Shown piece after piece: positions 17,545 to 28,393 of a stretch of 64,000 bases of DNA. The DNA comes from an uncultured bacterium (lineage in GTDB: Bacteria; Abyssobacteria; SURF-5): NCBI GenBank assembly GCA_964607485.1, contig CAZSKP010000012.1:1-64000 (forward strand), read 5' to 3'. How positions within the stretch are numbered: position 1 is the stretch's first letter; each line of letters begins with the position of its first letter. The position numbers and the translations under genes were made by a program. Under the pieces are notes generated by a model that did not search any database, was not told where the DNA came from, and saw only the letters and a list, made by a program, of their open reading frames with translations.

Positions 17545-18708
17545 TCAGCGCGGCAACCCGTTTGCCGCACACATTACGGGATCTCTCCCGAACTTGTCGC
17601 CCTCAGCCTGCTCGGCCCTGTATCTGCAGCCTCCCCTGCATTGCTTGAGCATCTCGCAATCGCAGCGGAGTTCGTCAATCCGTATCCGGGGCACGTTTCG
17701 CCAGCCGGCGGCCAGCCCGTCGGCGATGACACCCGACGGAGAATCTGCATAAAACCCGCATTTACAAATGGTTCCGTCCGCCATCACAGCGCACAGATGC
17801 GCGCCGCAGGCCCAGTCGGAATCGGCGGAATGGTGGATGCCGCCGCCGAAGGCTCGGCCCAGGAGCGGCCCTGCGTCCTCGATGCCGACCTCGAGCGGGC
17901 TGCCCCGCCAGCGTCCCGCTTGGGAGGGCACGTCGATGTTCCACTCTTTCGCTCCGACACCCCTCACTATCTTCTCCAACTCGTCAAAATCCGCGACGTT
18001 CGCCGCGTGCACCATCGAGGCCACGGACACGTCGATTCCCGATGCGGCGACGTTCTCGATTCCCCGCAACGCCTTCCGATATGTGCCGGGCCCCCTCAGC
18101 GCGTCATGCGAAGGCCCCACGCCGTCGAGGCTTATCTGCACCTCCTGCGCGCGCAGGCGCTTTACCGTATCAGGGTAGGCGAGCGTCGTCCCGTTTGAAA
18201 GAATCACGGTGCGAAACGAAAACTTTTCGAAAAGCTCGTTGAGCTCCCAAAATCGGGGATGCAACAGCGGTTCGCCGCCCGAGACGAGCAGACGCAGCCC
18301 CTGCAGCTCGTCGAATTCCTCCATCACGCGCGCGATTTGTTCGACCGACAGGTCGAGCGGCTCGACATCCCCGAGGAAACAGTGGGCGCACTTGAGGTTG
18401 CAGCGCGTCGTGATGTGGAGCAGCAGGTAGCGAAGGGAGGGAATCGGGCTCTGCACGGCGCTTCTTCGGGGAACATGTTCTGAGACGCGCGCGAATATCC
18501 CCTCTTCGAAACAATAGTCGAGGAACTCCGTGTCAGCACCATCAAGCCGGAGCTCGTCCATTCGGACGGGCAGGCTCCCGACGAAGTCGCCCGCCCGGCG
18601 GTCGAGCTCGTAGAGCTCGTCGCGCGCCCTATTGTAAACGCACGGCGTTTCAAGCAGCCTCAGAGAACATTCCGGGCTAAGTGCCAGATACGTCGGAGCG
18701 GATTGCAT
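17545..18708 (-). CDS. Radical SAM/SPASM protein with an N-terminal RRE (PqqD-like) region; candidate peptide maturase
   Basis: CNLKCAHC, SGGEPLL, QISLDG, C-terminal CGAHLC...CKC...CDCEMLKQCRGGC...DPVMC; N-terminal VYNRARDELYELD. Confidence 0.9.
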   Translation of the reverse strand: MQSAPTYLALSPECSLRLLETPCVYNRARDELYELDRRAGDFVGSLPVRMDELRLDGADTEFLDYCFEEGIFARVSEHVPRRSAVQSPIPSLRYLLLHITTRCNLKCAHCFLGDVEPLDLSVEQIARVMEEFDELQGLRLLVSGGEPLLHPRFWELNELFEKFSFRTVILSNGTTLAYPDTVKRLRAQEVQISLDGVGPSHDALRGPGTYRKALRGIENVAASGIDVSVASMVHAANVADFDELEKIVRGVGAKEWNIDVPSQAGRWRGSPLEVGIEDAGPLLGRAFGGGIHHSADSDWACGAHLCAVMADGTICKCGFYADSPSGVIADGLAAGWRNVPRIRIDELRCDCEMLKQCRGGCRYRAEQAEGDKFGRDPVMCAANGLPR

Positions 18709-18913
18709 CCACAACTTCCTCAACAGTGATGACCTTCCTGTCGAGCAGAAGCTTGATGAGATAGAACGCGCCGCACGCTATCTCCTCATCTTCGCCCTCC
18801 TTATAAAATTCACAATCCCTGCAGATGAAGTCGGTCAGGCCTCTCTCCGTCTTCAGGCAGTCGGGATTATCGAGAAATTTCTGTGCATTTTTGAGGATGT
18901 TAGGAAAAGACAT
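18677..18913 (-). CDS. 78-aa four-Cys protein (C-x11-C-x2-C-x12-C), possibly metal/Fe-S binding
   Basis: ATG 18913 after AAGGGA; 3' end overlaps the radical SAM start. Confidence 0.7.
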   Translation of the reverse strand: MSFPNILKNAQKFLDNPDCLKTERGLTDFICRDCEFYKEGEDEEIACGAFYLIKLLLDRKVITVEEVVDAIRSDVSGT

Positions 18914-19017
18914 TTTGTGTTCCCTTATTGTTTGGAAGGATTTCCGCCCGCGTATACCCCCGAAGAGATTCAGTCCAATTTTATCACCGAAATCCCAACG
19001 TGTCCAACGCGGCGGGC

Positions 19018-19057
19018 AAAAAAGAACTCCCGCCCGCGTTGCGGCCGCGGGCGGGAG
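19018..19057 (-). terminator. Rho-independent terminator after the acyl-CoA dehydrogenases
   Basis: CTCCCGCCCGCG/CGCGGGCGGGAG stem followed by TTCTTTTTT on the minus strand. Confidence 0.8.
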
Positions 19058-19084
19058 ACTGAGAGGCAAACGGAGTGGTGAGTC

Positions 19085-20341
<1,257 letters not shown>

Positions 20342-20363
20342 CGCGTCCTGACCTCCTCATAGC

Positions 20364-21473
20364 TCAAATCGTGACGAGACCCTCGAAGGTGGCGAAGCCC
20401 CGGCCGTTGCGGAGCCAAAGCTCGACGGGATGCTCCCTGATGTACCCGTGCCCTCCGAGCACCTGGACGGCGCGGTCGGTTATCATCAGCACCTTCTCGG
20501 TGGCGTACTGCTTGGCAAGATACGCTTCGCGGTCGGCGTCGTGCCCCTTGTCGAGCCGCCAGGCGGCCTCCCACGTGAGCAGCCGTGTGGCATCGACTTC
20601 GATGGCCATTTCCGCGAGCATGAACGCGATCGCCTGACGCGAGGCAATCGGCTCTCCGAACGCCTCGCGCTCCTTCGCATAGTCGCGGGCGTATTCGAAC
20701 GCGGCCTTGGAGACGCCCGTGGCCATCGCGGCGAGGCCGACGTAGGTGTAGCTCATCAGCTTGGCCGCGTCGGAGCCCGCGTCGCCGCCCAGCCGGTTTG
20801 CCTTGGGGACGCGGCAGTCTTTGAATGTGACCTTTCGGGTGTCGAGCGCCTTGAGGCCCATGTTCTTCTCGCGCTCGCCGATTTCCATGCCCGCCGCGCC
20901 CTTGTCCACGAGGAACGCCTGCACGCCCTTGGCGCCCGCGGAGGCGTCGGTCTGCGCGTAGGCGAGAATCACCTCCGCCTCGGCCGCGAGCGGGACGAGG
21001 CATTTTTCGCCGTTGATGACGTAGTCGCCTCCGTCGGCCTTGGCGGTCGTCTGCATGGACGGAAGGTCGAAGTCGATGCGCGGCTCCATGAGTGCGGCGG
21101 CCGCCGGCTTGAACTCCTCTTCGCAGAATAGTGGGAGATACTTCTTCTTCTGCTCGTCCGTCCCGAACTCAATCAGCGGGTAAACGACGTTGGCGGGACA
21201 GAGCGCGCATACGGCCAGGGACAGGTCGCCGTATGCCAGCTCCTCGGCGATAATCGCGCCGGTAACCACCGAGCGGGGTTCGCCGACGCCGCCGTATTCC
21301 TCGGGGATGTTGTTGGGAATGAGGAAGAGCTCCCACGCCTTGCTGATGAACTCGGAAGGTATTTTGCCTTCCTCATCGCATTCGCGGTAAACGGACCGCA
21401 TCTCGTTCGCCGCAAATTTCCTGACGGTTTCCGAGATCATTCGCTGATCGTCGCTGAGTTCAAAAGATACCAT
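20364..21473 (-). CDS. Acyl-CoA dehydrogenase (FadE24-like partner subunit)
   Basis: INGEKCLVP, REAFGEPIASRQAIAFMLA, VQVLGGHGYIREHPVELW; short C-terminus. Confidence 0.93.
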   Translation of the reverse strand: MVSFELSDDQRMISETVRKFAANEMRSVYRECDEEGKIPSEFISKAWELFLIPNNIPEEYGGVGEPRSVVTGAIIAEELAYGDLSLAVCALCPANVVYPLIEFGTDEQKKKYLPLFCEEEFKPAAAALMEPRIDFDLPSMQTTAKADGGDYVINGEKCLVPLAAEAEVILAYAQTDASAGAKGVQAFLVDKGAAGMEIGEREKNMGLKALDTRKVTFKDCRVPKANRLGGDAGSDAAKLMSYTYVGLAAMATGVSKAAFEYARDYAKEREAFGEPIASRQAIAFMLAEMAIEVDATRLLTWEAAWRLDKGHDADREAYLAKQYATEKVLMITDRAVQVLGGHGYIREHPVELWLRNGRGFATFEGLVTI

Positions 21474-21900
21474 CTTTTCATCTCCCTCTGTCCGTGAACA
21501 ACCTTATGAAACGTGCGCCTCAGGCAATGTTCTCACGACCACCTGTTAACCTACCATCCTGTCGAAACTTACAGTCGGACGATTCAGCCCCCCGTCTCCC
21601 CTCCCACTTTGTAGCAAGCCCTTTTCAATTTCGATTTTTCTCGGCCTCTTTCTGTGATTCAGGGTGTTTGGGCCAGAAGCCGCTGAGGCAGGGAGACAAA
21701 CGCCAACATCGTCACACGATGCCTGATAGCTGATTTTATAAAGCCCTGCTCCGTCTTGTCAAGCAAAAAAGATGCGAAAGGATGTGCACATGCCCCGCCC
21801 ATCTGATATAATGGGTTTTCGACCGCAACGAGTATCTTATCATCCTGAAGCACCGGCAACATGTCGGCCCAGCAACTGTTTTAAGCGAAAGGAATGGAAG

Positions 21901-23541
21901 ATGGCTAAGGTAACGGGTGGCGCGCTGGCCGCGCAAGTGATGAAAAACGACGGCGTAAAGTATCTCTTCGGACTGGTGGGAGGCCACATATATCCCATCT
22001 TCGAAAGCTGCGTCGAGATGGGGATACGAGTGATCGACGTTCGGCACGAAGAATCGGCCGCGCACATGGCCGAGGGCTGGGCGCTCGCAACGGGCAAGCC
22101 GGGCGTGTGCACGGGCACCGCGGGCCCCGGCTTCACAAACATGCTCACGGGCATCGCCAATTCCTTCTCGGGAGGAACACCGCTTCTGGCCCTGGGAGGA
22201 CACGCGTCGATCGACGAGTTCGATACGGGGGCGCTCCAGGATTTCAACCAGCTCGACGTCGTCAAGCCGATGACGAAGTTTGCCCGCGCCGTCTATCAGG
22301 TCGAGCGGATTCCGGACTACATGGGAATGGCCTTCCGTCACGCCACGAGCGGCCGGCCCGGCCCGGCATACCTCGAGATACCGATGGACATCGCCTTTGG
22401 AGAGGTTGATGTTTCGTCGATTCGGATACCCGATTGTCATCGAATCCAATCCCCTCCGGCCGGCAACGCGGAGGACGTCGAAAGCGCGCTCGAGCTTCTT
22501 GCGAAAGCGAAAAAGCCGATAGCGGTCGCGGGCGGCGGCGTGTGGTGGTCGCAGGCGCACGAGGAGCTGAAGCGGTTCATCGAGAAAGTCGACCTCCCGC
22601 TCTATACCCGCAGCTCCGCCAGGGGTTCGGTGCCCGACGACCATCCGCTGTGCATCGGCCCGGGCTTCACGCTTGACCCGTCGTTCCAGGGAACGCTGGC
22701 CGAGGCCGACCTGCTCATCCTGCTGGGCACACGATTCGCTTACACATTCAAGGCGAACGCTATCCCGCCGTCATTGAAAATCATCCGCGTGGACATCGAG
22801 CCGTCCGAAATGTGCGCCGGGCGCGCGCCCGAAGTGGGAATCGTGGGCGATGTGAGGGTTGTCCTGCAACAGTTCATCGACGGCATCAAGAAGATGTCGC
22901 ACAAGGAATGGGTCGAGCAACTCAAGGCGAGCCGCCAGCAGATGCGCGAGGCGTTCGAGCCGATGTTCGCCTCGGACCAGGTTCCGATAAACCCGCTCAG
23001 GCTCTGCCGCGAGATGTCGAGCTTCCTCGACCGCGACACCATCATATGCACCGACGGCGGCGACATGTGCGTGTGGGGCAACCTGGCGCTGCCCGCGATG
23101 GGGCCCGGCCTGTTCATATCGCAGGCCTCGTCGATATTCGGATGCCTCGGAGTCGGCATACCTTACGGAATCGCGGCCAAGCTGGCCAACCCGGACAAGA
23201 GGGTTCTCGTGCTGACGGGCGACGGCAGCTTCGGCCTGACGCTGATGGAGTTCGACACCGCGCTTCGGCACGACATCCCGTTTGTGACCGTCATCGGCAA
23301 CGACAAGTGCTGGGGAATGATTCACCGCAAGTGGAGGAACGAGCAAGGCCTTGCCGTGGGCTGCGAGCTTGTGCACAGACGATACGACAAAATGATCGAG
23401 GCCATGGGCGGCCACGGCGAGTACGTGGAGAGGCCGGAAGACATCGGCCCGGCTATTCAAAGGGCGTTCGACTCGGGCCTGCCCGCGTGCGTGAACGTGA
23501 TGACCGACCCTGAAATAGGACCGGGCATCGGGAAGCTGTGA
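21901..23541 (+). CDS. TPP-dependent enzyme (acetolactate synthase / 2-hydroxyacyl-CoA lyase-like)
   Basis: GGHIYP, DVRHEESAAHMAEG, TAGPGFTN, GDGSFG...GNDKCWG. Confidence 0.88.
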   Translation: MAKVTGGALAAQVMKNDGVKYLFGLVGGHIYPIFESCVEMGIRVIDVRHEESAAHMAEGWALATGKPGVCTGTAGPGFTNMLTGIANSFSGGTPLLALGGHASIDEFDTGALQDFNQLDVVKPMTKFARAVYQVERIPDYMGMAFRHATSGRPGPAYLEIPMDIAFGEVDVSSIRIPDCHRIQSPPAGNAEDVESALELLAKAKKPIAVAGGGVWWSQAHEELKRFIEKVDLPLYTRSSARGSVPDDHPLCIGPGFTLDPSFQGTLAEADLLILLGTRFAYTFKANAIPPSLKIIRVDIEPSEMCAGRAPEVGIVGDVRVVLQQFIDGIKKMSHKEWVEQLKASRQQMREAFEPMFASDQVPINPLRLCREMSSFLDRDTIICTDGGDMCVWGNLALPAMGPGLFISQASSIFGCLGVGIPYGIAAKLANPDKRVLVLTGDGSFGLTLMEFDTALRHDIPFVTVIGNDKCWGMIHRKWRNEQGLAVGCELVHRRYDKMIEAMGGHGEYVERPEDIGPAIQRAFDSGLPACVNVMTDPEIGPGIGKL

Positions 23542-23545
23542 GGCG

Positions 23546-24739
23546 GTGGCGGCTTTGAAGGAAGGTTTCGCGCCCGACGAATCGGCAGAGCCCGGCCCGT
23601 TGCCAGAAGGAAAAGAGAGCGAGAAAGCCAAGGCCTACAACCGGGCGAAGCGCATCCTGTTTGTGTCGGAGCTCGGGCTCGGCGTCGCGTATCTCGTCCT
23701 GCTGCTCGTTTCGGGCGCTTCGGTCGCCGTGGCGCGGTGGCTGGAGGCTGCGGCGGGCAATGTGTGGCTGGTGATACTTCTGTACCTGATCGTTGTCGGG
23801 GCCGCCTACGACGTGATCGGAGTTCCGCTCGATTTCTACGGCGGCTTTGTCCTCGAACACAGGTACGGACAATCGACGCAGCGGTTTCGAGGCTGGGTGT
23901 GGGACCAGGTGAAGGGCAAGGCGGTCGGGTTCGCCATCGGCGCGCCGCTCGTCGAGGCGGTGTATTGGCTCCTGCGAAGCTTTCCGCACAGATGGTGGCT
24001 GATAGCGAGCGGGATGTTCATTGCGGTCGCCGTGGTGATGGCCAATGTGGCGCCGGTGGTGCTGATGCCGATTTTCTACAAATTCGTGCCGCTTCGAGAC
24101 GAGGAGCTCAGGAGACGCCTCGTCGCGCTCTGCGAGAAGGTGAAGACGAGGGTGAGAGGCGTGTATGAGATGGACATGAGCCGGAAGACCCGCGCGGCGA
24201 ATGCGGCGCTCGTGGGTCTCGGCAATACACGGCGAATCGTTCTCGGCGACACACTGCTCGACCGCTACGAGCCGGATGAGATCGAGGCCGTCCTAGCGCA
24301 CGAGCTCGGACATCATAAGAACTGGGACATGTGGAAAGGGCTGCTTTTCCAGTCGGCCATCTCGGTGCTCGGCTTCTACCTGGCGTATCTGATACTGAAC
24401 GCATACTCGACCTCGTTCGGCCTCCGCGGGCCCGCCGACATCGCGGCCTTTCCGCTTCTCATGCTCACGTTTGCGGGTGTCTCGCTCTTCTTTCTGCCGT
24501 CCTCAAATGCGTTCTCGAGGCGGCTCGAACGCAACGCCGACGAGTTTGCGCTGAGGCTCACGGGCAATCCCCGGGCGTTCGTCTCGATGATGAGCAAGCT
24601 GGGAGAGCAGAACCTGTCGGAATTCGAGCCCAGTCCGCTCGTGGAATTCATATTATTTTCCCACCCTTCGATAAATAAAAGGATTCGGCGCGCGCGGGAG
24701 ATTTTCCCCGAGAGCTTCCGCGAAGAGGCGAGAGCTTGA
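23546..24739 (+). CDS. M48 (Ste24-like) zinc metalloprotease
   Basis: ANAALVGLGNTRRIVLGDTL, HELGH, ERNADEFA, SHP. Confidence 0.92.
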   Translation: MAALKEGFAPDESAEPGPLPEGKESEKAKAYNRAKRILFVSELGLGVAYLVLLLVSGASVAVARWLEAAAGNVWLVILLYLIVVGAAYDVIGVPLDFYGGFVLEHRYGQSTQRFRGWVWDQVKGKAVGFAIGAPLVEAVYWLLRSFPHRWWLIASGMFIAVAVVMANVAPVVLMPIFYKFVPLRDEELRRRLVALCEKVKTRVRGVYEMDMSRKTRAANAALVGLGNTRRIVLGDTLLDRYEPDEIEAVLAHELGHHKNWDMWKGLLFQSAISVLGFYLAYLILNAYSTSFGLRGPADIAAFPLLMLTFAGVSLFFLPSSNAFSRRLERNADEFALRLTGNPRAFVSMMSKLGEQNLSEFEPSPLVEFILFSHPSINKRIRRAREIFPESFREEARA

Positions 24740-24823
24740 AAACCTCTACGGCTTTTGGGTACACTTAGAGTCGGCATGGGAGGATGGCGGGTGCATGGCC
24801 GAGCTTGCTCGAAAGGACCGGAG

Positions 24824-25342
24824 ATGACGACATCACATGGTGGGATTCGTGCGTCTGGCGCATTTGCCGGCGGAAGAACCGCATTGATGCCGGCCGTGGT
24901 TTGCCTCTCGATTCTTTTGCTCGCGGGCTGTTCCAACCTCACAGGGTGGCGCATCCCCGGCACCGAGAAGAGCGAGCTGCCTACGACAAAGGTGTACCTC
25001 GTCCTGGAAAATGTCGAAACGTTCCCCGAAGAGCTCAGGACTCAGGGCGAGATATACATTGACGACGCGTTCTTCGGCCACACAAGCAGGCCGACGTACT
25101 ACCGGTTTGTGGGGAACGCGCTCGTCGTGGGCACAGTCCAGATAGAGAAGGAAAAGACTCATACCGTGCGAGTTACCTTTCCGGGCTATGAGCCTTTTGA
25201 GCACACGCGCTATTTCGGGACTCTCAGCGAATATTCGCTTTCGTTCCGGCTGAAGCAGATCGCGGGGGAGTCGGCGACTGCGGCGGCGGAACCGGAGGCG
25301 AAACAGGCGGAAGAGAAGAAATGGTATAAATTCTGGAGATGA
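24824..25342 (+). CDS. Putative lipoprotein (PEGA-like beta domain)
   Basis: LLAGC lipobox, EIYIDD...PGYEPF; start uncertain. Confidence 0.6.
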   Translation: MTTSHGGIRASGAFAGGRTALMPAVVCLSILLLAGCSNLTGWRIPGTEKSELPTTKVYLVLENVETFPEELRTQGEIYIDDAFFGHTSRPTYYRFVGNALVVGTVQIEKEKTHTVRVTFPGYEPFEHTRYFGTLSEYSLSFRLKQIAGESATAAAEPEAKQAEEKKWYKFWR

Positions 25343-25576
25343 TACGGGGAGCAAGGCGAGGAGTCCCGCCGTTGCGGATTCAGGGTTGAACCATAGCGAG
25401 CACAGCTCTTGCGTTTTGTTGGAGTTCCAAGCAACAGCAAGCTTTTTCCCCTGCCGTCGGTTTCAGGTCCGCAGGCACAAGCGAGGCAGGCTCCTTCCAG
25501 TCGGACTTTCTCCCCGGAAAGCTGTCGCAGACCTTTATGAACAATCGCTCGGCATGTCCCGACGGGTTGAGGTGAA

Positions 25577-26401
25577 ATGGGGCTATATTACGGCGGTTCT
25601 GAGCTTCAGTTCTCATTCCGAATCTCATATGCGGTGAAGCGGCTGATCATAGCGAACGCCGCCATCTTCCTGCTTCAGGGAATATGCCGAATGACATTCG
25701 GGCTCGACTATCTGTCGCTCTACTTCGGGCTGAATTCCTATGAAGTGCTCCACGGGATGATATGGCAGCCGGTCACCTACATGTTCCTGCACTTCAACGT
25801 CTGGCACATTCTGTTCAATATGTTCGCCCTGTGGATGTTCGGCACCGATGTCGAGGGGGCATGGGGCGCGAAGGCGTTTCTGTACTATTATTTCTACACG
25901 GGCATCGCAGCGGGCCTGCTCAGTTTCCTGACGAGCATAGGCGTCAACGTCATCACTATCGGCGCGTCGGGCGCGATATTCGGAATTCTGGTCGCCTTCG
26001 GCATGTTGTTCCCCGACAGGACGGTGCTCGTGTTCTTCTTCTTCCCGATGCGAGCGAGAAATTTCGTCATCCTGTTCGCGGCAATCGAGCTGTGGATGAC
26101 GGTCGCCTCGGGTCCCCGTGCGGGCGGGGTGGCACGGTTCGCGCACATCGGCGGGATGCTGTTCGGCTACCTGTACCTCAAGTACGGCGACAGGATACGC
26201 TACTCGTTTCCCCGCTTTCCCCGTATCCGGCTCAACATGGGCTTGGGTCGAAAGAAGGGCAAACAGGACTGGACGCATTTCATGAACGAAGAGGTTGACC
26301 CGATACTGGACAAAATCAGCAGGCAGGGCATCCACTCTCTCACGCGTAAGGAGAGAAAGATATTGAAGAAGGCTCGCGGACGCCGGGGGGCCGGAGGATG
26401 A
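25577..26401 (+). CDS. Rhomboid intramembrane serine protease
   Basis: TYMFLH, HILFNM, GASG, AHIGG; C-terminal VDPILDKISRQGIHSLT. Confidence 0.93.
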   Translation: MGLYYGGSELQFSFRISYAVKRLIIANAAIFLLQGICRMTFGLDYLSLYFGLNSYEVLHGMIWQPVTYMFLHFNVWHILFNMFALWMFGTDVEGAWGAKAFLYYYFYTGIAAGLLSFLTSIGVNVITIGASGAIFGILVAFGMLFPDRTVLVFFFFPMRARNFVILFAAIELWMTVASGPRAGGVARFAHIGGMLFGYLYLKYGDRIRYSFPRFPRIRLNMGLGRKKGKQDWTHFMNEEVDPILDKISRQGIHSLTRKERKILKKARGRRGAGG

Positions 26402-27081
26402 GCGTTGGCGGCAATGGGACGTACGAAAGCCTGAAGGAACTGGCGCTGTCGAAGGGCGCGTGTCTCTTCGGAGTGGCCGACCTCGACAGGATACGCGCCG
26501 ACACGAGCCTGCTCGACGCCTGCTACGACAAGTACTCGCGCGGCCTCTCGGTGGGCGTGAAGCTGGACGAGTCGGCGCTCGAAGGCATCGTCGATGGGCC
26601 GACTCTGGCGTACTGCCGCGAATACCTTCAGGCCAATATAACCTTGAATTCCATAGCGGAAGCCCTGAGGGCGAGGCTCACGAAAGCGGGCGCCGACGCG
26701 GTTCGCATTCCCGCCTCAGAAGTTGTGGACTGGGAGAAACTGCGCGGCCACCTCCCCCACAAGCTGATCGGGCGCTACGCGGGGCACGGGTGGATAGGCA
26801 GGAGCATACTGCTCGTCAATCCCCGCTTCGGCGCGCGGGTGAGGTACGTGACCGTCCTCACCGACCTGACGCTCAGAGCCGATGCGCCCGTGGAGAACGA
26901 TTGCGGCACGTGCGCGCGCTGTGTGGCTGTCTGCCCGGCGCACGCGGCGACGGACGACCCCGCCGGTTTTGACCGCTGGGCGTGTTTCAACAAGCTGGCC
27001 GAGTTCAACCAACGACTGGGAGAACCCCATTTCATATGCGGGATATGTGTGAAGGTGTGTCGGGGCAAAGATGCAGGATGA
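26398..27081 (+). CDS. QueG-like (epoxyqueuosine reductase family) 4Fe-4S protein
   Basis: PHKLIGRYAGHGWIGRS, CGTCARCVAVCP, CGICVKVC. Confidence 0.8.
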   Translation: MSVGGNGTYESLKELALSKGACLFGVADLDRIRADTSLLDACYDKYSRGLSVGVKLDESALEGIVDGPTLAYCREYLQANITLNSIAEALRARLTKAGADAVRIPASEVVDWEKLRGHLPHKLIGRYAGHGWIGRSILLVNPRFGARVRYVTVLTDLTLRADAPVENDCGTCARCVAVCPAHAATDDPAGFDRWACFNKLAEFNQRLGEPHFICGICVKVCRGKDAG

Positions 27082-27093
27082 CGGAGCTGAATC

Positions 27094-27636
27094 GTGGGGC
27101 AAATCTGCACTCCGCGGCCGGTGAAGCTGTTCGTCGGAATGCTGGCGGCGCGCACGGACCTGTTTGAGGTCGCCCAACAGGAAACGGCCGCAAAATTCGG
27201 AGCCATCGATGCAGTCAGCGATATCATGCCTTTTGACTTCACGGATTACTATACGGAAGAGATGGGACCGAATCTTCTGCGCAAGTTTGTGGGGTTCGAC
27301 AGGTTGATAAACCCGAAGGAACTGGCCTCGGCGAAGCTGTTCACGAATGAGCTCGAAGAAAAGATATCCGAACAATTCGGCAGCGGGCGTCGGATCGTCA
27401 ACCTCGACCCAGGCTATGTGTCCCTCTCGAAATTGGTCCTGGCGTCCACGAAAGACTATTCCCATCGCATCTATCTCGGCGACGGGATCTTCGGGGAGGT
27501 GACGCTGCACTTTTCCGACAAGCGCTTTAATCCTTGGCCGTGGACATATCCCGATTATAAGACCGAAGCATACCGTCGGTTCTTTGAATCGTTGCGAGGA
27601 CAATACATTGAAACGCTGAGGAAAGTCGGCTTGTAG
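27094..27636 (+). CDS. DUF4416-family protein
   Basis: TDYYTEEMG, VNLDPGY, STKDYSHRIYL, WTYPDY. Confidence 0.85.
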   Translation: MGQICTPRPVKLFVGMLAARTDLFEVAQQETAAKFGAIDAVSDIMPFDFTDYYTEEMGPNLLRKFVGFDRLINPKELASAKLFTNELEEKISEQFGSGRRIVNLDPGYVSLSKLVLASTKDYSHRIYLGDGIFGEVTLHFSDKRFNPWPWTYPDYKTEAYRRFFESLRGQYIETLRKVGL

Positions 27637-27651
27637 GAACTGCCTTGGGGG

Positions 27652-28392
27652 GTGGACACCGTGCGATCCGTCAGCTTAGTCATACTGTTTTCTGCAGTGC
27701 TTTGGCTTGCCGCTTGGGCGCCGCCCCCGGCGAACGGGGACATCATCAAGTTCAAGCGGGGGGCGAAGAAGAAGTGTGTTGTCGTTGAAGAGGACGAGGG
27801 GTGGGTGAGCTTCCTGACTTCGATGGGCGTGGTGAAGATGCCGCGAGGGCGCATAGAATCGATTGAGCGCGAATCCGAGGAAACTAACGACGCGCTCCGA
27901 AAAGAGTGGGAAGAAGAAAACAAGAGAACGCCCAGCGAAAAGCCTAAGGAAGAACCAAAGCCCGCCGAAAAGGAGCCGAAGCTGCTCCGCACTTACAAGG
28001 TTGACATCAGGAAACGGAGGATAATGCTCGGCGGGCGCGCCTCCGGAATCAGAGACTCACAGCCGGTGGCTTTTTTCAAAGTCGAAGACATGGGAATGGT
28101 CGAGGGAAGCCGATTGTTCCGCGTGGGCGTTACGTGCTACCTGAGCGCCCGCCACAACATAAGGCCGGCGGATTTCTATGCGCTCACGGAGAACGACATG
28201 CGAGTTGATCCGCGTCCTCTTAAAGGATACGACGACCTGAACGCAACACTGAGCCGGAATGAGACGGCATCGGGCCACGTGGCATTTCCAACGAAGTTGG
28301 AATTGAAGACGATGATCGTGAGGTCGGACATCGCGAGTTTTCAGTTGAATCTCGAGACGGGGGGATTCGTCACCGAGAGCGGGCCGTTCTGA
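27652..28392 (+). CDS. Secreted hypothetical protein
   Basis: Signal peptide, charged linker, co-oriented in operon. Confidence 0.65.
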   Translation: MDTVRSVSLVILFSAVLWLAAWAPPPANGDIIKFKRGAKKKCVVVEEDEGWVSFLTSMGVVKMPRGRIESIERESEETNDALRKEWEEENKRTPSEKPKEEPKPAEKEPKLLRTYKVDIRKRRIMLGGRASGIRDSQPVAFFKVEDMGMVEGSRLFRVGVTCYLSARHNIRPADFYALTENDMRVDPRPLKGYDDLNATLSRNETASGHVAFPTKLELKTMIVRSDIASFQLNLETGGFVTESGPF

Positions 28393-28393
28393 A

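Noticed and set aside
25343-25576. Possible riboswitch or small Cys-rich ORF upstream of the rhomboid gene
   Set aside because: No riboswitch consensus recognised, and the short ORFs lack a convincing RBS; an Rfam scan would be needed
26398-27081. Respiratory reductive dehalogenase
   Set aside because: Too short, no Tat signal and no RdhB anchor gene
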